Assembly (NCBI GenBank): GCA_000004695.1
Contig: CM000153.2
Location: forward strand, 544,001-608,000
Direction of reading: 5' to 3'
Length of the DNA stretch: 64,000 nt
Origin: Dictyostelium discoideum
Taxonomy: Eukaryota
Positions within the stretch are counted from its first letter, which is position 1; every line of letters starts with the position of its first letter. The notes under the pieces are model-generated. The model saw only the letters and a program-made list of their open reading frames with translations. It searched no databases and was not told where the DNA came from. Positions 40,589-60,120 of this stretch are shown one piece after another. The position numbers and the translations under genes are program-made.

Positions 40589-41348
40589 ATTTATAAACAA
40601 TAACTAATTAATTAATTTATAATTTAAAGAACAAAAACAACCAGAATTAGATAAATTAGAAAATTTATTATCAACGATTGAAGGTAATTTATCAAGTTTA
40701 AATTTAGAATCAAATCGAACAGGTAAATCGACACAACAATATTTTACACAATTTTATGGGGCAAAGAGAACCTATCAACAATTTAGAGATAAATATCAAG
40801 ATGAAAAGAATTATGCAGATTTAATACCTTCACAATATCACGATTTTAATACAACAGGATCACAAAATCAACGTGATCGTGTAGTTAGAGGCAATAAAAC
40901 ATTAGAGAATGGCATTCAAATGATTAGAATGGCAAACGATCAAGTTAGAGAGGATAAGAAAACAGCAGAATCCACATTGGAACAATTGGCAACTCAAAAA
41001 GAGCGTTTAATAGGTTTCGAAAAGAAATTCGATTCAATCGATGGTTATTTAGATAAAGCAAAGAAAACAATTGGTCAAATGTCAAGAAGGGCAATGGCAA
41101 ATAAATTCATTATGGCTGGTATAATTTTCATCTTATTAATTGCAATTGGTTTAATCATTTGGTTGAAATTCGTTAGAACTGGTGATTCAAATAATAATAG
41201 TAGTAGTAGTAGTAGTTTTGAAACTACTACCACTACCTCCACCACTGGTACTACTTCAACAACTTCTTCTACTTCCACTACTACTGGTACTACTACTTCA
41301 GATCCTGCAACTGGTTCATCAACTACTACCAGTGATACAAAAATATAA
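40359..41348 (+). CDS. Vti1-type Qb-SNARE, about 269 aa, three exons (40359..40361, 40453..40540, 40630..41348), tail-anchored, with an unusually long Ser/Thr-rich segment after the TM
   Basis: The start codon is split as ATG|GTAAGT, a common Dictyostelium arrangement, and the acceptor is tgtttag|AGT. The N-terminus MSLFESYEEEIK was compared with my remembered Vti1a MSSDFEGYEQDF. The SNARE motif NGIQMIRMANDQVREDKKTAESTLEQLATQKERLIGFEKKFDSIDGYLDKAKKTIGQMSRRAMANKF is followed by the TM FIMAGIIFILLIAIGLIIWLKFV. This is followed by a roughly 60-aa [22 protein letters not shown].. tail. Confidence 0.7.
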
Positions 41349-41705
41349 ATAATAAAAAAAAAAAAAAAGAAAAGAAAAGGAAAAAAAAAAAAAAAATGAA
41401 AAAAAAGAAAATTAAAAAGGAAAAAAAAAAAAAAAAGAGTATTTTTTTATTTATTTATTTTTACATAACTTGGAATTGTTATTTATTTTATTTTTAATTT
41501 AATAAAATCAATTTTTTTTTTTTTTATTTTTTTTTTATTTAAATTATATCTATTTGTATGTGGGGAATTAATTGTAGATATTTATAATTATTATTATTAT
41601 TAATTAATTAACTATTATACTATTATTATAAAAGACTTGATAGATGAATGAATTACAATTTTCCAGATTTAATATCGCAATTTGGAAATATGAAAAATTG
41701 GGAAG

Positions 41706-41755
<50 letters not shown>

Positions 41756-41873
41756 TTTTTTTTCGTTTTTAATTTTTTTTTTTTTTTTTCATTTTATTTT
41801 TTTTTTTTTAAATTTTTTTTTAATTTTCAAATCCCTTTACTCGGTTTAAACTAATAATAATAATTTAAATAAA

Positions 41874-42210
41874 ATGCCTTGTTTATATATCTGTGGTGGT
41901 AAGTAATACATACTTATATTTTTGATATAATCATTTGAAAAATAATGATATATATATTTATTAATATTTTCATTTATAATAAGAATGTGGTGCTGAGCAC
42001 GAAATCAAACCAAAAGAACCAGTAAAATGCAAAGATTGCACTCATCGTATTATGTACAAAAAGAGAACCGATAAAAGTATATATCTATTTACTTAAACAC
42101 ACACACACATATATATATATATATATTTATATATATATGCAATATTTGTATTAAATTCTATACTAACACTTAACCTTCCATTTACAGTGATTCAATTCGA
42201 AGCAAGATAA
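41874..42210 (+). CDS. RNA polymerase I/II/III common subunit RPABC4 (Rpb12/POLR2K), 46 aa, three exons (41874..41898, 41984..42076, 42188..42210)
   Basis: The spliced product is [46 protein letters not shown]. I compared it with my remembered human POLR2K segment [42 protein letters not shown], which has the same CxxC..CxxC zinc ribbon. Donors are G|GTAAGT and A|GTATAT. A TACTAAC branch-point-like motif sits at 42161-42167, before the acceptor tttacag. Confidence 0.75.
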
Positions 42211-42630
42211 AAAAAAGAAAAAAAGAGAAAAAAGAAAAAAAAAAAAAACAAAACAAAATCAAATCAATTAAAATATACCAAAACACAACAATATACATAA
42301 AAAAAACTAAAAAAAAACTAAAAAAAGAAAAGAAAAAAAAAAAATAGCTTAAAACAGCAACAACTTGTACACAGACCTTTAAATAAACAATTACCTTTTT
42401 TTTAAGTTAAAAATACAACAATGAACTTTAATATTAAAAGAAATAATAGAAAAAGATATTAAAAAATTTTTTTTATTCTTTTTTTTAAAATTGTTTTTGT
42501 CACACAAAATTTTGAATATTTAAAAAATAATAATATATATATATATATTATTAAAATTAAAAACATTGTATAATTAAACTAAAATTAATTTTATGTAACT
42601 TGAAATTATTTATTAATTTATTTTTATTTT

Positions 42631-43125
42631 TTATTTACATCTTTCTTCAACCAATGATTGTGAAATTTCAGTGTTGTCAGTTGCTTTGATTATTGCATCT
42701 ATTCCAACTAATTTTTTATAAATTGACTGTTCTGTGGCTGTGTGAACGATTTTATTTTTGATTTTTGTTTCCACTGGACACCAAGAAATGAAAAAGATTT
42801 TATTTTTTTTATTTTCTATACAATTTTTTAAAAGAGGGTATAAATTTACATATATTTTTTTTTAGTTTTTTAAGAGGAGGAGAGGGGATTAATAACACAA
42901 ACCTTTATTGTCCATATATGAGAAATCATAAACACCATATCTACAATCATCTTGGGGAAATTTATTTATATAGTCTTCAAATGATTCTCCATTGAAAGAA
43001 TCTTCAAAAACTACTTCTTTAAAATCATCTGAAAATTTAATGATAATTCCTTTACTTATGTGTCCCAATATTAGTTCATTGTATTTGGTAATAACTTCAT
43101 CATTAATCGAAGCACAACTATTCAT
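42631..43125 (-). CDS. Cofilin/ADF-family actin-depolymerising factor-like protein, about 135 aa, two exons (42903..43125 and 42631..42815). It is a divergent family member.
   Basis: Exon 1 is MNSCASINDEVITKYNELILGHISKGIIIKFSDDFKEVVFEDSFNGESFEDYINKFPQDDCRYGVYDFSYMDNK. Exon 2 is ENKKNKIIFISWCPVETKIKNKIVHTATEQSIYKKLVGIDAIIKATDNTEISQSLVEERCK. Both align to my remembered cofilin segments GGIIYRISDDSKEIIV..CRYVVLDYQY..KICFVAWCPDTANIKKKM..VGIQVEIQGTD. The intron is GTTTGT..gtatag, phase 1. Confidence 0.6.
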
Positions 43126-43177
43126 ATTTTATTATTCTATTATTCTATAAACTTTGAATATATGATAAATATATTGG

Positions 43178-43218
<41 letters not shown>

Positions 43219-43428
43219 TCTTGGATATTTAATAAAAATGATTGGCCAAAAAAAATAAATAAATAAAAAAAAAAAAAAAATAATTGAAAAAATAAATAAA
43301 TAATAATATTTAGTTTTTAAATAAAAAATAACACTATGGTAAAAATAAATAATTTATTTGTTATATATTTTTTTTTAATATTTTTTTTTTTTTTATTATT
43401 ATTAATATTATTGTTATTATTATTATTT

Positions 43429-50000
<6,572 letters not shown>

Positions 50001-50364
50001 TATTATATCTATTATTATTATTAAACCCGATGTTTCTTTTTATGTTTAAACAAAAAAATAAAATACAAATTTTAAACAAAAAAAAAAAAAAAAAAAAAAA
50101 ACTATACGGTTTCTTTTATTTTTTTTTTTTTTTTTTTTCCTATATTTTTTTTTATTGTTTTATAAACACGCACAATGAATAAATTAAAAAAAAAATAAAA
50201 AATAAAAAAATAAAAACAAAAATAAAAAAAACAAAAATAAAAAAAAAAATAAAAAAAAAAATATAAAATTTTTTAAAAATATAAAAATTTTTCTTTTGAC
50301 TTTTCCTGTTTGTTTTTTAAATTTACATTTATATGATATTTTTTATAATAATTATAAAATATAT

Positions 50365-50407
<43 letters not shown>

Positions 50408-50664
50408 GCAATAAAATAACAATAAACTATTTATATTAAAATAAATAAAATAAAAAATAAAATAAAATAATGAAAAATGGATTTTTTTGAAAAAAAAAAA
50501 AAAAAAAAAAAAATCACCCCTCTTTTTTTTAATTGAAAGCGCGCCTTTTTTTTTTTTTTTAAAAAAAAATAAAAATTGGAAAATTTTTTTTTTTTAATAA
50601 ATATAATATTTTTTTGAACACAAAAAAACAAATAAATTGTATATATATATAAATAAGAACCAAA
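50001..50664. promoter_or_regulatory. Divergent intergenic region between the RCC1-repeat gene (-) and the KNL1-like gene (+)
   Basis: The two start codons face away from each other and the AT-rich spacer contains long A/T homopolymers. The regulatory role is inferred from the arrangement only. Confidence 0.35.
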
Positions 50665-50727
50665 ATGAGTAACAATAACTTATTCTCCAATGTATCAAAA
50701 CAACTAAGTTCAAACAATGGAACTACA

Positions 50728-50759
<32 letters not shown>

Positions 50760-51083
50760 AGGATATAGTTCAAGATTTTCAATAGCGTCCACACTTCCAA
50801 CCAATAAAAATTATAATCAAACCGAGAATTTAGATTTTCTCTCAAAAATGAGTAATACAAATAATAATAATAATAACAATAATAATAATGGTAATAATAA
50901 TAATAATAACAATAATAATGTAAATAATATCAATGAAAATAATACAGTTAATATAAATCAAATTATTGATAATTCAAGTAGTGCTAGGTAAGACATCTTA
51001 TATATACATATACATATATATATATACATATACATACATATATATATATATATATATATTTATGTATATATATATATATATAT

Positions 51084-51123
<40 letters not shown>

Positions 51124-52001
51124 GTATTTATTAAATAACTATTTTATTATGTTATCTAACTCACACACACATTCAATTACAGAAAAAGAAAGAATGTTAG
51201 AATGTCAATGGGAGGTAGAGTTAGTTTTGCAAATACAGTGGAAGTTAGATTATTTGAAAAGACACAACAAAATAATAGAAGGCCAAGTTTAAGAAATCCT
51301 TTTCCTTCTAATTTATCAAATACTGACTCTCAATCTTTAGAAACACCATCAAATACAACAACACCAAATCAAAATATAGTGGGAGTAGAAAATGAAAATG
51401 AAAATGAAAATAAAACAACTGATAGTATTGGTGCTTATACATTTAGTAGCATTAGTAGTATAAATAGTACAAATACATTATTTAGTAGTAATAGTGATAG
51501 TGGTAGTAGTGGTAATAATGATGATAAATTCTTTTTCAATAGAGATGACGATGAAAATGATAATAGCAATAATAGTAATAATAGTAATAATAATGAAGAA
51601 CAAGATCAAAAAACAATGGATTTCACACAAACCTATGGTAAAATATTTGTACCTTTTATAAAGGATGAAACTCAACCACTTAGAATTCATGATGCATCAA
51701 ATGATAGTGGTTTCACTGATGATGATAGTAATAGTAGTGGTAATAGTAGTGGAGGATCATTAGAACTAACGGAAAATGATGAACAAAGTTATTTAGATAG
51801 TTTACAAAATGATGATTCAAGAATCATTCAAACTCCATCATTACAAGCCATTTTAGAAGAAGCTGAATTCTTATTTTCAATTAAAAGTAAATCACCTTCA
51901 AAATCAAAAATTACTGAAATTAATAATAATAATAATAATAACAATAATGATGATGGAAATGAAAATAGTAATAAAAAAGAAGATAATGATATCATTGTAA
52001 C

Positions 52002-52059
<58 letters not shown>

Positions 52060-54407
52060 AATGATGATGATAATAATAAAAGTAACTATAATAATAAATC
52101 AATTGCAGATATGGATATTTCAAGATACCAATCAACTATAAATTCACCAATTCATAAGAAATCACGTCAATTATTAGATAGTTCAGTCGTTGGTGATGGT
52201 AAATTAACATCACTTGAAGATCTTTTGAAAGAGGATACTGAAGTTTTAGATTTTGATGGTGCTAATGATTATAAACCACCACCACCATCAACAACAACAC
52301 CAACAACAACACCAATGAAATCTTTATCAACACCACCATCTTCTTCTAAAATATTCCCAAGAATTTCAAATATTTTCCCAAATTCACCATTACCAAGTTT
52401 ACAAAATCTAAGAAAGAAAAATAGTAATAGTGGTGGTAATAGTAGTGAAGATGAAATTTTAACAAATGGAGATTTAGGTGAAATCATTAAAAACTTTTCA
52501 ACTCCAAAACTTAATCAACTTTATTCTGATGATCATAGTTTTGATGATCAAGATTTTAATATTGTAAATAATAATTATGATAAAACTGATGATGAAACTG
52601 ATGATAATAATATTAAAAAATTAAACAATAATAATAATAATAATAATAATAAAGACAATCAGAAAGAAAGTGAAGAAGAAGAAGATAATGAAGAAGAAGA
52701 TGAAGAAGAAGATGATGAAGAAGAAGAAGAAGAAGAAAATTATAATAATACAACAGTTGATAGATCAAGAATTTATCATCATAAGAATGGTACAGCAGGT
52801 ATTGGTGGTAGATTAAAAGAATTAGTAGAAGATGATGAAGATGGTGATATTTATGATGCCGAACAAAGAGATATGACATTAACTTTAGCTTTTGATAAAA
52901 TTATTGCAATGGCTAATAATAAAAATGATAATAATAATAATAATATTGAAAATAATAATCAATTATTTTCAAATAGTTTAACGACAACAACAACAACAAC
53001 CAATGAAAATGATTATTTTATTGATGAGAATAATCAAGATCAAAAAGATATGACAATTACAAAATCATTTGGTAAAATATTAGAAATGTATAATCAAACA
53101 CTTACTGATATGAAAGAAATGTCAATTTCAACTCAAAATATTGATAAACTTTTAGAGAATAATAATAATCATAATAATAATCATCATAAAGGTATTTGGG
53201 ATAATGATAATATGATAGCAGATCCGAATATTACAAATAATCTTAGAGATTTATATGAAAATACTACAGTAACTCGTAATTTAAAAACTTTAGTACAAGG
53301 TAGAAAATCTATGATACCAATACCATCTTATTCAAAGGATAGGGATAATAATAATAATAATAATACTGGTACATTTAGATTCTCTGTTGCAAGAAATCCA
53401 ATGACACCATCACATGGTGGTGCTGGTGGTCAAATGATACCAACCAATAGTGGTGGTAGTAATACAATGAATTTAAATAAAAAGCTATGGAATCCTCAAG
53501 CTGATGTAACTCATAATTTAAAGAGTCTATACACAAATAACACAACCACAATGAATTTTGGTAGATATTCAATTGCAAATCCATCAAATTATTATAATAA
53601 CACAGCACCAATTAGCACTATTAAAAAGGATCAAGTTTTGGACATGTCATTCACTCAATCCTATGGAGTATTTTCAAAATATCAACCATTCTCAACTACT
53701 AAATCACCATTTGTTAATCCAAAATCTCATCAAAAACAACAACAACCACAACAACCACAACTTCCACAACCACAACAACAATTATTATTAGAATCAAGTG
53801 TTACTAGTATTAAAACTAATGAATCACATTATCCAAGTTCAAATGAAGATAGTTTAGATAATCCATTAATTGAATCAACTGCTTCAAACGTAACAATGGA
53901 ACAACGTAACCTTTTATCAAATTTCATTCTACAACAACCACAACCACAACCACAATCAATACAACAACCACAACTACAACAACCACAACCACAACCACAA
54001 CCACAATCAATACAACCACAACAACAATCACAACTTCAACAATCCCAATCAATACAAAAGCAACAACAATCTAATACTAACAAACAAGTTACACAAGAAT
54101 TTAATTTAACATCAAGTCAAATTCAACAATCACAATATCAATCTACAATTGCCAATAATAATAATAATAATACTACAAATATATTAAGCACTAACAATAA
54201 TTTTAATCAAACCACAAATACTAATAATTTTGGAACATCAATGGTTACTCGAATTCAAGAGATATCAACATCAACAAGAAAACAATATACACATTCACCT
54301 TCTTTAATTGAAAGCGATATTGGTTTTGACTATGGAAGAATTAATTTTGAACAAAAAGAAAAACAAATCAACACCATCACTAATAATAATAATAATAATA
54401 ATATTAA

Positions 54408-54500
<93 letters not shown>

Positions 54501-56163
54501 CACTACAACTAACACTACTACAAGCAATAATAATACAAACAACAATATCAACAATACTGATAATATTCTTGCCAATGTTTTTGATAATAAAAAATTACCA
54601 CAAAAGCAACAACAACAACAACAACACCAACAAAAACAACAACAACAACAACAAAATACAACTATAAATACACAAAAAATTACAATTCCAAATCATAGTA
54701 GTAATAATACACATACTACTAATATGCAACTTTATATTAATCATCCAATGGGTGAAATATCAGAGAATATTTATAATAGAGTTGGTGTTGAATATAATTC
54801 TTCATTTAAAGAGAGTCATATTAATTATCATCATCAACCAATATCTTCAATGGATTTAGAAGATCTTCAAGAGAAAATTGTTAATAATAATAATAATAAT
54901 AGTCAAAATAGTATTAATCAAAATAATTCAATAATTGCAACTAATATACCAATTGTTGGATGTGGAATAATTAAAAAGATAACATTGCATGAATTCCTCA
55001 GTTTGGCACATTGTCAATTTTTAGAAGATAAAGCATCTAGACGTGATTCAATGATTGGTATGCAATTTACAAATGTATTAGACGATCAAGATGATAATAC
55101 CAACAACAATAATAATAATAACAATGATATTGAATTTAAAAAGAGAATTAATAGTATTTATAATAATCAACGTCATTTAGTTATTTTAAAGAAAGGTTAT
55201 GAAGAATTAAAAACTATGGTATCAAATATAAAAGAGAGTAATCGTATGGAAGAGGAGAAAATCAATCAAAAGAATCCACCAATCTTTTCAAATATTCAAT
55301 TGAGTAGTGAAGAACTTTATGCAAAACAACGTCTATTAAAGAATATTAAATCATTTGCAAAACAAAAAGCACAATTGGCCTATAATGAATGGAGAAATCA
55401 ATTGGAAATTAAAATTTATGATGAAATTTTAAATTCAACTCATGAATTAATTAGTAGTGAAACTATATTAAATGAAAGTAAAAAATGGATTGAAAGAAGT
55501 ATTAAAACAATTGATGAAAATATAAATTATTTAATTGATATTGAAAAAGTTATAAAATTACAAAATCATCAATTAAATTCACCAATTTTATTATCATCAA
55601 ATAGTAATGCTAGTGGTAATAATAATAAACAACAACAACCAAATAAAGAAGAACAAGAACGTGAATTATTATCAATTTCTGAATTTACTAAACAATTTTC
55701 ATTATTTTTCAATTGGACACCGATTCAAATTTCAGAGAAATTAATATTATTAGAATTTAATGGTAAATTTTCAATCTCTTTAATTTTAAATCAAAATGAA
55801 ATTCAATCTTCAAATTTAATATTATTTTCAAATATTTCAAAGGTAAGTAATTATAAATATATATTAATTAAACTTAACTTACAATTTATTAACATTTTAA
55901 TTTTTTTTTTTTAAAAAAATAGTTTGAAATTGATTTAATAAATAAATCAAATATTAATAAAATGGTGAAAAGTATAAAAAATATTAAACAATTAAGTATT
56001 ATAATACAAGAGATTAGTTTTAGAATGTCAAGATTAAATACTTTAATTAAAGAAATTCAACAATTAGAAAGACTTTATAATATTAATAAAAATCAAGAAT
56101 CAATTTCAACAAATGTTAAAAATAAATATTCATTTAAATCAAATAATTTTAATGAAATATCAA

Positions 56164-56195
<32 letters not shown>

Positions 56196-56480
56196 GTAGG
56201 AGAAGAAGGAAAAGAAGAAAATCAATATGTTGATATTAAAGTTCAAATTTCAAATGTTGAAAGTTTAAAGAAAATTGTATTAAATCTTCAAATACCATTA
56301 TTATATCCAAAAGGTAAAATTGAATATGCTTTCACTACAATCATTGGATTTAATAATGGTAATACTCAAGGTTTCATTAATCAAATTAATCAAATTATTA
56401 CAAGTGAATTAAAAAGTAATCAAAGTAAATCAAAATTAACAAAAGTTTTACAATCATTAGAAATTTTAATTTCTTATTAA
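50665..56480 (+). CDS. KNL1/Spc105-like kinetochore scaffold candidate, about 1846 aa, three exons (50665..50987, 51183..55842, 55923..56480), with an N-terminal RVSF PP1-docking motif and four MELT-like repeats
   Basis: The start is aaccaaaATGAGT and exon 1 ends AG|GTAAGA. The 195-bp intron holds a (TA)/(CATA) microsatellite and ends ttacag|A. Exon 2 begins [27 protein letters not shown]; compare the KNL1 N-terminal basic patch plus RRVSF. There are four spaced repeats: [17 protein letters not shown] (about 51616), [15 protein letters not shown] (about 52870), [15 protein letters not shown] (about 53047) and [15 protein letters not shown] (about 53641). The remainder is mainly low-complexity Asn/Gln/acidic sequence, with a structured C-terminal part (..[39 protein letters not shown]..). 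Exon 2 ends AAG|GTAAGT and the acceptor aaaatag|TTT leads to [21 protein letters not shown]. Confidence 0.55.
50999..51125. repeat. (TA)n/(CATA)n compound microsatellite in intron 1 of the KNL1-like gene
   Basis: tatatacatatacatatatatata.. seen directly. Confidence 0.9.
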
Positions 56481-56576
56481 TAATAAAAAAAAACAATAAA
56501 AAAAACAATAACAAAAACAATTATTAATAATTGGGTATTACACATATTTTTATATATTTTTTATTTTCTTTTTAAT

Positions 56577-58174
56577 TTATAATTTTGAATTAATGAAATT
56601 TGAAAGTGATAAATTATTATTATTATTATTATTATTGTTATTATTAATAGTATTATTATTATTAATACCACCAATTGGTAAAGTTGTTACAGTTGAATTA
56701 TCAGATAATGATTTTTTATATTTATCTTGATATAATTCAATATAAGATTTTTGAAGATAATTATTTTCCAAACCTAATTTTTTACCAGCTTCTTGAACAG
56801 AGGTTGCATCGAAACCTTTGATTTGAACAAATGTTTGACCCAATTCTTCAAGTTCATCATAAGAGATAATGATTTTACCATCTTTAAAGATTGTTGATTT
56901 TCTATGAATGATTGCAACCATTTGATAGCCCAAGGACATTAGACCACCCAACATATTGACACCAACGACGAAATCGACACGTGGTGAAATGATGAAAGGA
57001 CCTTCTTTAATCTCCTCACTAAACATAATGCTATATTGACCATCGGCATTACGAACACGAATCCAATCACATGATGATGAGTTTGCAAAAGTAGTATTTG
57101 GTGGAATTAAATAGATGTCATAGTAACGTGCTGTGTTCTCTTGAATGGTGGATTTATTTAATACTGAATGAATCATGTCCACTGTAACACCTTGTTTAAC
57201 AGATTTTAAAATATAGATTGGATTTAATAGACCACCGAATGGGTTAAACTTATTGACCACTTGAATCTCGGCCAATTGTAAATCAGGCTCAATGAATGCT
57301 TTATACATTGGGTAAACGGTATCGGTGATTTGTTGTAGTGATTCGTGTGGTTGTTGACCAGTTCTATGAACATCTCTAAAAATACGTTTAATCAAATCGA
57401 AATGAACACCACCAGAGATCGATACTCTTAAATCCAATAAATGACGAATCTCTTCATGTAATGCATAGATACCTTCAATTAATAATACTTTGGATTCTGG
57501 TGGTTGTACTCTCTTGTATGCGTATCTACCACTCTTTGTAAAATCATATAATGGTAAATCAGTTGGTTTATTGCTAATTAAATCACTAATATTCTTTTTT
57601 AATAATTCAAAATCAACTAATCTATAATCATCATAATTCTCTTCAATAATTTGTCTTGAACTATCTAAATAATTATCTAATGAAATTAAACTAAAAAATT
57701 TTATAATTATAATTATTAGAAATTTTATTATCTCTTTCAAAAAATATATATTTTGTACATACATTGATTTTGGTAAAACAGAAACGATTTTTTGAGCAAT
57801 TGAAGTTTTACCAGCTCCTGATGGTCCAGCAATACCAACTACGATTACACTACCTTGACTCTTTTTTCTTATTGATTGAATTGCTCTAACTGCTAAAAAG
57901 AAACCTTTATCAAATGACTAGTAAATAAAGTAAATGAAAAAAAAATTAGATAAACTTTATTTATTTTCACACTATTATCAAAATAAAATAAAAAAAAAAA
58001 AAATAATAAAAAAATTATTTCTTCTTTTTTTATTTTTTTATTTTTCATAATAAAATAAATAATAATAATAATAAAAGTTTTTAATATACTTACAAGTGTA
58101 TCTTTTAATGGTTTAATTGTATATCTATCATCTTTATCAGGTCTTGGAATAACCTCAATCTCTAAACTGTCCAT
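56577..58174 (-). CDS. Uridine kinase/phosphoribulokinase-family P-loop kinase-like protein with a long C-terminal extension (possibly a CYTH-type domain), about 449 aa, three exons (58094..58174, 57763..57917, 56577..57690)
   Basis: Exon 1 is MDSLEIEVIPRPDKDDRYTIKPLKDTL, ending CTT|GTAAGT. Exon 2 is SFDKGFFLAVRAIQSIRKKSQGSVIVVGIAGPSGAGKTSIAQKIVSVLPKS; it has the G(A/G)xxSGKT(S/T) P-loop typical of uridine kinases and ends AT|GTATGT. Exon 3 starts I|LISLDNYLDSS..LPLYDFTKSGRYAYKRV..VLLIEGIYALHEEIRHLLDLRVSISGGVHFDLIKRIFRD, following the uridine-kinase LD.FY / D....GR.. pattern. A roughly 230-aa C-terminal extension follows. Confidence 0.6.
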
Positions 58175-58250
58175 GATTGCTTTGGTTTATTTTTTTATTT
58201 TTTTTTTTTGTTTTTTTGTAAACTTTGGAAATTGATCGTTTTTTTATTTC

Positions 58251-58295
<45 letters not shown>

Positions 58296-58318
58296 AAAAT
58301 GAAAGAAATTTAAAAAAA

Positions 58319-58364
<46 letters not shown>

Positions 58365-59664
58365 AAATAAATAATAATAAAAAAAAATAATATTTTAAAT
58401 AATTTATTCGAATTTTATATAACTATGTAATAATCTAATATCTTTCCAAATATGAATTGTATAATCAAATTTATGGGTCGACGATGTTTTATTTGGTACT
58501 AATACTTCGATCGGTTTAGGATTACTTTCATTATTATCTGTATTGATACAATTGCATTGACCAGAAATAGAAGGTGAACTAACTAATGTTTCTGTTGTTT
58601 TTTTTTTTTTTCATAAAAAAATTGAAAAAAAAAAAAAATATGGACAAAAAAAATTAATTAATTAATTAAATGAAAAAAAAAAAAAAAAAAAAAAGGTAAA
58701 AAGAAGAGTAAAGTAAAAAAAAAAAAAAATGATAAAAAAAAAAAAAAAAATAATAAAAAAAAAGTTTTACTAGTTAGTTCTTGCTCCCAGCATTAATCAT
58801 TTTATCACATGGATTTAGATTTTTTATTTTTTTTTATTTTTATTTCCATTTTTAAAAAAATAAAAATAAAAATAAAAATAAAAATAAAAAAGACATCATA
58901 CTCATAATCATTTTTTATTTTTTTTTTTTTTTTTTTTTATATTATATTATATTATTATTGTTTTTTTAAGCTAGGTTTGGATTAAATATAAATATTGAGA
59001 ACAATATGGTTATTATTTTTGGTTATTAAATTAATGGTAAAGAAATTTTTTTTTTTCTTTTTTTTTTTAAACCTCTATTTATTTCTTCTTTTTTTTATAT
59101 TATTTTGTTTTTTTTTATTTATTTATTTTCTTTTTATTTATTTTTTGTCCGTTTTTTTTTTTAAAAATATTCTTTTAAATCTAAAAATCTTATATTAAAC
59201 GATAAAATTACTATTTTTTTTTTTTTTTTTTAAATTTGATCATTTTATAGATAATCTTTTGAAAAAAAAAAAAATAATAAAAACAAAAAATTTAAAATTA
59301 AAAAATAAAAAAATTAAAATTTAAATTAAAATTATAAAATAATGGAAAAAAAAAAACTAATTCCACCGCTCTATTATTATAATAATCAATGCATCATTTA
59401 CCATAGATTTTTTTATTTTAAAATAAAGAACCACAACTAAAAATAAAATTTTAAAAAATTGTATAAAATAATTGTCATTTTTTTTAACCATTTTTTATAT
59501 TTTATTGTCTTTTGATTAAAAGTTTATTTTATAATTTATTTAATTTTTTTTAATTTTAATATTTTTTTTTTTTTTTTTGCTCATCAAATTATTTTAAAAT
59601 TATTTTGTTTTTGTTGTTGTAAAATTATGATTTATCTTATTTGTTGTAAAATTATTTTTTTCCC

Positions 59665-59710
<46 letters not shown>

Positions 59711-59964
59711 ATTATTTTTATTATTTTTTTATTATTTTTTTATTTTTTATTATTTTTTTTTATTTTATTATTTTAAAATCTAAATAAATTTAAATATGTG
59801 CTTTTGCTCTAGCTCTAATGGATCTAGCCAAAACATCTAACCAACCATAAGTATTTAAAATATTTGAAACATAATTATGATCTGTATAATTTTGGTTAGT
59901 TTTTATATTATTTGTTATAAAATCTTTTTTTGAATTTGATCCGACACCTTTTATTGATTGTATT

Positions 59965-60064
59965 NNNNNNNNNNNNNNNNNNNNNNNNNNNNNNNNNNNN
60001 NNNNNNNNNNNNNNNNNNNNNNNNNNNNNNNNNNNNNNNNNNNNNNNNNNNNNNNNNNNNNNNN
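59965..60064. other. Assembly gap of 100 N
   Basis: A run of n characters in the sequence. Confidence 1.
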
Positions 60065-60070
60065 AACCCA

Positions 60071-60120
<50 letters not shown>

